From IMG/VR virus record IMGVR_UViG_3300046012_000437, positions 1 through 31,505 of that record: a stretch of DNA of 31,505 nucleotides. One strand, written 5' to 3'. Every line of letters starts with the position of its first letter. The first letter of the stretch is position 1. The notes beneath the pieces were generated by a model. The model did not search any database. It saw only the letters and a list, made by a program, of their open reading frames with translations, and was not told the DNA's origin. Shown here in pieces: positions 21,242 to 28,706 of this stretch. This DNA is from a virus. Taxonomy: Duplodnaviria; Caudoviricetes. Both the position numbers and the translations under genes were made by a program.

Positions 21242-24054
21242 CTTACGACCCACCAGTGTCAGAGAAGCAACGTCGCGCTATGGAAGCCGCGGCGCATGGA
21301 CACTCAACATTGGGTATTTCCAGGAAAGTTGGACAGGAGTTTGTGGGAGATCAACGTTTGGGCGCTGGTGTTCTGATCACTACGCCCGACGGTTTGGCGT
21401 TATTCCTGAAGCGTGGTGCGGGAGGCGATCATGCAGGAACATGGGCTTGGCCCGGCGGCGGAATTGAAGATGGGGAAACACCGGAAGAAGCCGCGCGACG
21501 TGAGACGGTCGAAGAAATTGGCTACACGCCGGAAGGCGATCTCTCGCAGCTCGATCACGAAGCGGATGACAAAAGCGTATTCACGACTTTTCATCATGGA
21601 GTTGACGAACATTTCTTGCCTGAGCTTAATGGTGAGCACACAGCATACGCGTGGGCGCCGCTGACTGACCCGCCTCAGCCGTTGCATCCAGGCGTCGCAG
21701 ACACCATCCGCAAAATTCAAGACGAGGACAAATTATCCAAAGAGGAGGTCGATTATTCGCTCGGCGAAGACGATGATCGCTGTGCAAATTGCAAACATTT
21801 CGAGTCGCCATCCTCCTGTGCATTAGTCGCCGGTTCAATCGATCCAGATTATTGGTGCAAAAAATTTAACGACATATTGATGGCTGGAGATGAGTTCAAA
21901 GAGTCTGACCACCCGCGTGCTGATAACGGTCAGTTCGGGTCAGGCTCTTCGATCAAAATGAGCGATATGAAAAAAGAATCCGGTAAGATGGGCTCTAACC
22001 CAGGCGGTGTGTACTCAAACGCCGAGGGCAAGAAATTTTACATCAAAGAAGGCAAGACCGCTGATCACGTCAACAATGAACTGCTGGCAGGTTCACTATA
22101 CAACCTCGCAGGATCGAAGACGTTGAACTATCATCCGGTCGAAGGCGGCAAACATATTGCCACCGAATTGCAAGATCTCGACAAGAAGAACGTCAATGAT
22201 TTCACTCCTGAGGAAAAGAAAAAGGCGCAACTTGACTTCGCAACACACGCTTGGCTGGCGAATTGGGATGCTGCTGGTCTTGGCGGTGATAATCAGGGGA
22301 TTGTTGGGGGTCATCCTGTGTCTCTTGATCTTGGCGGCGCATTGCATTATCGCGGTATGGGTGGCGCTAAAGGAGATAAGTTCGGAAAAGTCGCGGGTGA
22401 ATTGAAGTCGATGCGCGATAAGAACATCAATCCTGACAATGCAAAGTTGTTTGGTTCGATGTCGACCGAAGACTTGAGAAATTCCGCAGACAAAGTCACC
22501 AACATTTCGGACGATAGTATTCGAGAAACCGTCAAGGCACACGGCTATGGCGACGATCTTGCAGACAAATTGATTGATCGTAAGAAAGACATTGCAAAGC
22601 AGGTGGGATCGATGGCTAAAGATTGGTTCGCTTTCGACAAAAGTTCTGTGCGACGTACCGATACTGATGGTCGTTTGCACGTCGAGATGACGAACATCAG
22701 CAAAGCCAATGTGTGTCCCTACCTTGGTCGAGAAATTCCCGCATTTCAAGAACTCGGTCTTAAGCCGGATCAAATCTACAAACTTTATCGCGATCCGGAT
22801 GAACTCGAGAGGGCTGCCACGACTTTCGACAATATCCCGGTGCTGAGTGATCACGTCGAGGTCAACGCACTCGATCATCGACCCGATCTGATCATCGGTA
22901 CCACAGGGTCAGAATCTCAATTTGCTAAACCATTCCTGCGCAATTCTCTCGCAGTGTGGGTGAAAGACGCAATCGATGATATCGAGAGCGAAGAGAAGAA
23001 AGAGTTGTCCAGCGCATATCGTTATCGTGCTGATATGACGCCGGGCACTTCGCCCGAGGGTGAACGTTATGATGGCGTCATGCGTGACATTATCGGAAAC
23101 CATGTTGCCCTCGTCAAGGAAGGTAGAGCCGGCCCCGATGTGGTGGTCGGCGATAGCAAAGAGGAACTCAATAAAATGAGTAAACTGATTTCTCAGAAAG
23201 CGACGATGGCGCGCGGCGCGCTCGCCGTCTTCCTTCAGCCTCGGCTGGCGGTAGACGCTAAAATGCCGTCATTGACCGCCATTCTGCTTGGTGTCAATGC
23301 CAAGAATTTTGCAGAGAAGAAGCCATCAATTCTTGCCGGCATCAAAAAAGCCGTCGAGGGAAAATTGGCGAAAGATGCGAGTACTGAAGGACTCGTTGCT
23401 TTACTCGACGGTCTCGAGAAGGCACCGGTTGCTGACAACATGGACCCGACGGATGACATCACGCTTGATGCTCCCGAACTCAAAGACCCGGGCGTCGAAC
23501 CACTCAAACCGCCGGACCCGATGGAAGCAATCATGACTTTCCTCGAGGGCAAACTATCTCCCGAAGACATGGCGCAACTTCAAGCGCTTGTCGGCGGCGG
23601 AAATAGTGCTCAAGATGACCCGCCCGATTTCAAGGGCATGCCAAAGCCGGGCGGCAAGATGGTCGGCGATGAAGAGAAGGATGAACCAGAAGTGGAAGAC
23701 ACACCGCTGAACAAAGCCGCCATGGATGCGGCGCTCGAGAAAGTCCGCAAGGACACCATCGAACAAGTCACCAAGAACAATCGCGAGATTCGCGAAGCTG
23801 AGCGTGCGGTTCGTCCGTACGTCGGCGAAGTCACCAAGGCCTTCGACAGTGCCGCAGATGTTTATAAGTCAACGCTTGAGGCGTTGAAAGTTGACATCAC
23901 CGGTTGCGACCCGTCGGCTTACCCGGTCCTGCTGAAACTCGTTCCTGTGCCCGGTACAAAGACACCGCGTACTGAACCTCTCGGCATGGATGCTTCACAC
24001 ACCGTCGATTTCGAGAAGCGTTTCCCCAACGCCTCCCGAATTGGCAACGTTTAA
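21235..24054 (+). CDS. DUF2213 prohead protease/scaffold with N-terminal NUDIX, HiPIP-like and kinase-like modules
   Basis: NUDIX box GGIEDGETPEEAARRETVEEIG; CxxC...C...WC; YIK...NE...WLANWD...DN...DLG; DUF2213 (ISKANVCPYLGREIP, ELSSAYRY, NHVALV...GRAG); acidic scaffold. Confidence 0.88.
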   Translation: MLAYDPPVSEKQRRAMEAAAHGHSTLGISRKVGQEFVGDQRLGAGVLITTPDGLALFLKRGAGGDHAGTWAWPGGGIEDGETPEEAARRETVEEIGYTPEGDLSQLDHEADDKSVFTTFHHGVDEHFLPELNGEHTAYAWAPLTDPPQPLHPGVADTIRKIQDEDKLSKEEVDYSLGEDDDRCANCKHFESPSSCALVAGSIDPDYWCKKFNDILMAGDEFKESDHPRADNGQFGSGSSIKMSDMKKESGKMGSNPGGVYSNAEGKKFYIKEGKTADHVNNELLAGSLYNLAGSKTLNYHPVEGGKHIATELQDLDKKNVNDFTPEEKKKAQLDFATHAWLANWDAAGLGGDNQGIVGGHPVSLDLGGALHYRGMGGAKGDKFGKVAGELKSMRDKNINPDNAKLFGSMSTEDLRNSADKVTNISDDSIRETVKAHGYGDDLADKLIDRKKDIAKQVGSMAKDWFAFDKSSVRRTDTDGRLHVEMTNISKANVCPYLGREIPAFQELGLKPDQIYKLYRDPDELERAATTFDNIPVLSDHVEVNALDHRPDLIIGTTGSESQFAKPFLRNSLAVWVKDAIDDIESEEKKELSSAYRYRADMTPGTSPEGERYDGVMRDIIGNHVALVKEGRAGPDVVVGDSKEELNKMSKLISQKATMARGALAVFLQPRLAVDAKMPSLTAILLGVNAKNFAEKKPSILAGIKKAVEGKLAKDASTEGLVALLDGLEKAPVADNMDPTDDITLDAPELKDPGVEPLKPPDPMEAIMTFLEGKLSPEDMAQLQALVGGGNSAQDDPPDFKGMPKPGGKMVGDEEKDEPEVEDTPLNKAAMDAALEKVRKDTIEQVTKNNREIREAERAVRPYVGEVTKAFDSAADVYKSTLEALKVDITGCDPSAYPVLLKLVPVPGTKTPRTEPLGMDASHTVDFEKRFPNASRIGNV
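21895..21936 (+). repeat. peptide tag copy 3, FKESDHPRADNGQF
   Basis: Same F-x-E-S-x-H-P-R...G-Q-F pattern as in the portal, preceded by AGD. Confidence 0.8.
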
Positions 24055-24069
24055 CCTGGAGGTATTTCC

Positions 24070-25008
24070 ATGAATTTCCAAACCTTCGTTGGTACTCAGC
24101 CGTCTCCCGCAGTTGCGGGCGACTTCGCGAGTGCAAATCCTCGCTGGTCAGTCGATGCTGGTCCCGGCGGCCTCGTTGCCGGTGCAGCCGGTGTTACTGT
24201 CGGGCGTTTCGCCTGGTGGTCGTTGTCACAAGCTGACGCGAACGGGGCACCGGCCATCGTCAACAACTTCGGCAGTGGCATTGTCACTGGCTTTGTGCAT
24301 CGTGAACAGCAAGGCCTGATCACCACATTCCTGGCTGAGAGTTCAAGCGTTATCCCGGCAGGTTTCGCCATGACTCTTATGTCTGGCGGTGATTTCTGGG
24401 TCAAGAACGACGGCGCCACGGAATGCAATGTTGGCATGAAGGCTTACGCCAGTTATGCCGACGGCAAGGTGACATTCGCCGCTACTGGTGCCCCGAGTAC
24501 CGCGTCAGCTACAGGCTCGATTGCCGCTAGCACGTTCTCGGTAACTGGCTCGATCAATGGTAACGTGTTGTCTGTTACCGTGGTGGGCTCCGGTACTGTT
24601 GTTCCCGGTGGCACTATCTCCGGCACCGGTATTGCGACTGGCACGAAAATCGTCAGCCAACTGTCTGGCACCACGGGCGGCGTCGGTACCTATGCTGTCA
24701 GCATCGAAGAGCAGACAGTTGCATCGACCGCAGTCAGCGGCACATACGGTACCTTCACTGCGGCATCCGCTCTGGTCGGCACCTTTGGCGTCGGTGACAC
24801 ACTTACCGGTACGGGTATCTCTCTGCCGACTGCCATCACTGCCCTCGGCACTGGTACCGGCGGACTCGGCACCTACATCGTTGACGCCAACACCGTTGTT
24901 GCGTCTACCACGATCACTGCCGGCACTTCTATCGAAACCAAATATGTCGCGATGAGTTCGGGCCTGCCCGGTGAACTCGTCAAGATCACCAGCCACCTGC
25001 TCGGCTAA
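24070..25008 (+). CDS. capsid decoration/cement protein with inserted Gly/Thr-rich beta repeats
   Basis: GGAGG RBS; lies between scaffold and MCP; AGDFASANP, VGRFAW, GFVHREQQGLIT, GDFWV. Confidence 0.75.
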   Translation: MNFQTFVGTQPSPAVAGDFASANPRWSVDAGPGGLVAGAAGVTVGRFAWWSLSQADANGAPAIVNNFGSGIVTGFVHREQQGLITTFLAESSSVIPAGFAMTLMSGGDFWVKNDGATECNVGMKAYASYADGKVTFAATGAPSTASATGSIAASTFSVTGSINGNVLSVTVVGSGTVVPGGTISGTGIATGTKIVSQLSGTTGGVGTYAVSIEEQTVASTAVSGTYGTFTAASALVGTFGVGDTLTGTGISLPTAITALGTGTGGLGTYIVDANTVVASTTITAGTSIETKYVAMSSGLPGELVKITSHLLG

Positions 25009-25024
25009 GGAAGGAACGCATTAG

Positions 25025-26116
25025 ATGAATTACGCAGAAGCTCAAGCGGCGTTTCGTAATGACGTTAGCCGCTTGGCCTCCGCAGGTATTTTCCTGCCTG
25101 AGGTCATCAGTTACCTGCCGGCCGAATTCAAGCGAGATTACGCACTCGCGATGGACGCGGCTGGTACACTCACTACAACACCGAACTCAGCTGTGCCGGC
25201 GTTGCTCACCACCATGATCGATCCGACGATTATCGAGATTTTGTTCGCACCGAACAAGGCCGCGGAAATCATCGGCGAAAATCAGAAGGGCTCTTGGCTC
25301 GATGATACGATCCTGTTCCCGGTCGTGGAACACACCGGTGAAGTTTCCAGTTATGGCGACTTCAGCGAAAACGGCCATAGCGGCGTCAATACCAACTGGC
25401 CCCAACGCCAGTCGTATCTGTTCCAAGTCGTCAAAGAGTATGGCGAACGTGAACTTGAACGTGCCGGTCTCGCGAAACTCAACTGGGTCAGCGAAATCGA
25501 CAAGGCAGCTGCCACTGTTCTGAACAAATTCCAGAACGTCACTTATTTCTTTGGCGTTGCTGGACTTCAGAACTATGGCCTTGTCAACGATCCACTACTG
25601 CCTGCGTCTCTCACGCCAGGAACCAAGGCGGCGAACTCGCCGTTCTGGATTAACGCCAGTGGCGCCGTTACCGCCACCGCCAACGAAGTTTACACTGACA
25701 TCCAGTCGATCTTCGCAAACCTAGTCGCGAACTCGGGTGGTCTGATCGAGGCCACTGACAAACTGGTGCTCTCGATGTCGCCGGCTGTCGCAGTTGCTCT
25801 GACTGCGACCAACTCTTTCAACGTCAACGTCTACGACTTGTTGAAGAAGAACTTCCCGAACATCCGCTTCGAGACGGCGGTTCAGTACGGCAAACTCACC
25901 GCAAGCAATCCTCAGGGTATTGCGAGCGGCAATTTGGTGCAGATGATCTGTGAGAGCGTCGAAGGCCAGCAGACCGGCTTTGCGGCGTACAATGAGAAAA
26001 TGCGTGCTCACGCGATCATCAAGGCGATGTCTTCGTTCAAGCAGAAAGTTTCTGCGGGAACTTGGGGCACGGTGATTCGCCAGCCGTTCGCCATTGCGTC
26101 CATGATTGGCGTCTGA
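25025..26116 (+). CDS. major capsid protein (DUF2184/HK97-fold type)
   Basis: 363 aa; LAMDA, KGSW, GEVSSYGD, RQSY-x-FQ, YGERELE, YG-x-x-NDP; genomic position. Confidence 0.88.
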   Translation: MNYAEAQAAFRNDVSRLASAGIFLPEVISYLPAEFKRDYALAMDAAGTLTTTPNSAVPALLTTMIDPTIIEILFAPNKAAEIIGENQKGSWLDDTILFPVVEHTGEVSSYGDFSENGHSGVNTNWPQRQSYLFQVVKEYGERELERAGLAKLNWVSEIDKAAATVLNKFQNVTYFFGVAGLQNYGLVNDPLLPASLTPGTKAANSPFWINASGAVTATANEVYTDIQSIFANLVANSGGLIEATDKLVLSMSPAVAVALTATNSFNVNVYDLLKKNFPNIRFETAVQYGKLTASNPQGIASGNLVQMICESVEGQQTGFAAYNEKMRAHAIIKAMSSFKQKVSAGTWGTVIRQPFAIASMIGV

Positions 26117-26126
26117 GGACTATTCA

Positions 26127-26351
26127 ATGTCGGAATTCACCAAAGTTCATTGTAAAATTCCAAACGGCGTCGTTCTTCGAACTTTTGAAAGGTCCGAAGG
26201 CCCCTTTGGTGTTATCAGCTATCTCACTGATGAGGCTGTGACGCTCAACGGGGGTATCAATGATGTCGAGACGGGTTTCTTTGACCGATGGATGGAGGCG
26301 AATTCCGACAATGATTTGATCAAGAACAATTTCATTGAAAGGAAAGATTGA
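26127..26351 (+). CDS. small head-associated protein (CKIPNG family, short copy)
   Basis: GAGG RBS; VHCKIPNGVVL...FFDRWMEAN...LIKNNFI. Confidence 0.7.
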   Translation: MSEFTKVHCKIPNGVVLRTFERSEGPFGVISYLTDEAVTLNGGINDVETGFFDRWMEANSDNDLIKNNFIERKD

Positions 26352-26950
26352 TGTCCACCGCCGCTGAACGTCGCGCAGCCCGCGCAGCCGCTGCTAAGGC
26401 AGCATCGAACGTCGAAGAGCCGACTGTTGAAACAAAGCCAGAGGAAACTCCGGCCGTCAAGAGTCGTTCTCGTGATACCGTTACGGTCGCCTGCAAAATT
26501 CCCAACGGACTGATTCTCCAAAACCACACTATGGAAGATGGCTTCGAGCCTGTATTTGGAGGTGGAAGTCGCCCGATCAAGGTGGCTCGTCCGGTTGGTG
26601 AGCAGATCAGGATCACCGGATCAGCACGTGCCTATGGTAGCGATCCTGAAGCCAAGCGCGTCATTGGTGGCTATGGTCTGACCTATAACGTGCCGAAGGA
26701 TGCATTCGAGAAATGGATGCGAGACAATTCTGAACTCGATATGGTCAAGAACAAGCTCATCTTCGCACATGAGAGTGTTGATCATGTCACCGGTCAGGCA
26801 CAAGACTTGAAAACGTTGCGCACTGGTCTCGAGCCACTCAATACTGAGAGCAGGAAATCCGACGGCACCTACGTTGATCCACGCATGCCGAAAAACATCA
26901 AGAAATTCAAGCCCGACGACGACAGCACAGACATTCGGGGAGTGGCATAA
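26351..26950 (+). CDS. head-associated protein (CKIPNG family, long copy)
   Basis: VACKIPNGLIL...YGLT-x-NV...FEKWM...MVKNKLIFA...TGLEPL. Confidence 0.75.
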   Translation: MSTAAERRAARAAAAKAASNVEEPTVETKPEETPAVKSRSRDTVTVACKIPNGLILQNHTMEDGFEPVFGGGSRPIKVARPVGEQIRITGSARAYGSDPEAKRVIGGYGLTYNVPKDAFEKWMRDNSELDMVKNKLIFAHESVDHVTGQAQDLKTLRTGLEPLNTESRKSDGTYVDPRMPKNIKKFKPDDDSTDIRGVA

Positions 26951-26953
26951 ATC

Positions 26954-27421
26954 ATGGGCGTCATCGTAGTCTTCGATTATAACGCATGGGTGACCCGTTA
27001 CCCTGAGTTTGCTGTCGGTGGCGCCCAACCTGTTGCTGAGTCCCTAGCAACTGCCTATTTCAATGAAGCAACGCTATATCAGGCAAACAACGGTGCGGGT
27101 CCTGTGCGAGACTCTACCACTCAGTCGATGCTTCTCAATATGTTGACTGCCCACATCGCCTCGCTTAACGCGGCTATCAATAGTGCTCCGGCGCCTAACA
27201 TTGTCGGACGTATCAATAGTGCCAGCGAAGGCAGTGTGTCGGTGGGGTCAGAAAATCTGTATCCTCCTGGTACTCCCCAATGGTATCAGCAAACAAAATA
27301 CGGTGCGGCGTGGTGGGCTGCAACAGCACAGTTTCGCACGATGCGATATCGACCAGGACCTGTGATGGGCGTCCCGGCCAATCAGGGCAATGGATGGTGG
27401 GGTACTCGTGGCTGTTCTTAA
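26954..27421 (+). CDS. head-tail adaptor (DUF4054-like)
   Basis: RYPEF, LLNMLTAHIA, VGRINSASEGSVSV, WYQQTKYGA. Confidence 0.8.
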   Translation: MGVIVVFDYNAWVTRYPEFAVGGAQPVAESLATAYFNEATLYQANNGAGPVRDSTTQSMLLNMLTAHIASLNAAINSAPAPNIVGRINSASEGSVSVGSENLYPPGTPQWYQQTKYGAAWWAATAQFRTMRYRPGPVMGVPANQGNGWWGTRGCS

Positions 27422-27848
27422 AGGCGGTGACAAGCTGAATGCCACGTTGGCCAATCTCGCCAAGAAAATTGCGAAACCGGCGACGTTACGCGTTGGATTT
27501 CTTGAAGGTGCAACTTATCCAGATGGTACGTCCGTACCCATGATTGCCGCATTCAATGAATTTGGCGCCGGGCATTCGCCGCCGCGTCCGTTCTTCCGTA
27601 ATATGATTGCCGCGAAGTCGAAGGAATGGGGTCCCGCAATCGCCAAGCTACTAGAAGCGAATGATTATGATGCAATCAAGACGCTAGAATTGACAGGCGA
27701 GGCGATCAAGGGTCAATTGGTGCAATCGATCAATGATCTCACCTCTCCGCCGCTGAAACCTGTCACCATCAAGCGCAAAGGTTTCGACAAACCGTTGATC
27801 GATACCAGCGTGATGGTCAACTCGGTAGACTATGAGGTCAACTCGTGA
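27408..27848 (+). CDS. neck/tail-completion protein
   Basis: LRVGFLEGATYPDG...NEFG...PPRPFFR...TIKRKGFDKPLIDT. Confidence 0.75.
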   Translation: MAVLKGGDKLNATLANLAKKIAKPATLRVGFLEGATYPDGTSVPMIAAFNEFGAGHSPPRPFFRNMIAAKSKEWGPAIAKLLEANDYDAIKTLELTGEAIKGQLVQSINDLTSPPLKPVTIKRKGFDKPLIDTSVMVNSVDYEVNS

Positions 27849-28297
27849 ACCTTCATGGTCTGGCAGTTGGGGTAATCAGCGCTGTCAATCCGCTAGAACA
27901 GATTGTCGTGCTGCGCTCGACCGGACAGACCACTCAGCCGGATGGCAAGCGCGTTCCTCAGTATGCCGATCCGACTCCTGTGTTCGCTCAAGTTCAATCG
28001 CTCACCGCTGATGATCTTCGTCAGATTGATGGGTTGAACTTGCAAGGCGTCAAGCGAGCAATCTACATTAACGGTCGCACCGACGGCATCATTCGTCGCG
28101 ATCAAAAAGGCGGAGACCTGGTAATTCGCTCTGATGGCGTGACTTGGCTCAATGTCCACGTGTTAGAATATTGGCCGGATTGGTGCAAGTTTGTGGTAAC
28201 GATGCAAGACGACACGGTGGTGGTGTCTGTCGGCGGTCAATTGGATTTTAGCAATCCCGACAATCTCGTCTTAAATGTGGCTCTTGGAGGGCTGTGA
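27845..28297 (+). CDS. head-closure-like structural protein
   Basis: MNLHG...AQVQ-x-L...GLNLQG...GGDL...WL...LEYWPDW; genomic position. Confidence 0.7.
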   Translation: MNLHGLAVGVISAVNPLEQIVVLRSTGQTTQPDGKRVPQYADPTPVFAQVQSLTADDLRQIDGLNLQGVKRAIYINGRTDGIIRRDQKGGDLVIRSDGVTWLNVHVLEYWPDWCKFVVTMQDDTVVVSVGGQLDFSNPDNLVLNVALGGL

Positions 28298-28698
28298 TGT
28301 TGAAGGCTTTATCTATCATCTGCGCATTGCTGTGTTCGGGAAGCGCCTTCGCTCAAAGTGCCCCGAAACATTATCTCAGCACAGCTTCGACAAACTGCAA
28401 TTTGGTACAGACCGGCAAAGTAATTCTCAGGAATGTGTTGCCGGTCAATACAACTGCGGTAATTTATTACCTGAAACTTTACGACAAGGCCACTGCTCCA
28501 GTAGCTGCGTCGGATGTTCCAGTGTTGACATTGCCTGTTCCCGTATCCACTGCCCGAGCTTCATCACCCATATTTAGTGTTGACGGATTTTCATTCCTCA
28601 ACGGAATGGGGTTCTGCCTCACTGGAGGCATCGCAGACAATGACAACACCAACGCTGCAACCGGCGTAGCTATCAACTTCGGCGTGAGCGCCAATTGA
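28294..28698 (+). CDS. beta-rich protein with Sec-type signal peptide
   Basis: GGAGG RBS; MLKALSIICALLCSGSAFA then QSAPK; YLKLYDKATAP. Confidence 0.7.
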   Translation: MMLKALSIICALLCSGSAFAQSAPKHYLSTASTNCNLVQTGKVILRNVLPVNTTAVIYYLKLYDKATAPVAASDVPVLTLPVPVSTARASSPIFSVDGFSFLNGMGFCLTGGIADNDNTNAATGVAINFGVSAN

Positions 28699-28706
28699 GG
28701 GACAAC

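Noticed and set aside
22096-22878. 260-aa minus-strand ORF opposite the kinase-like/DUF2213 region
   Set aside because: No motif or RBS seen, and the sense strand has all the recognisable motifs. It shows that long in-register antisense ORFs arise by chance here, so the intein case rests on motifs and RBS, not length.
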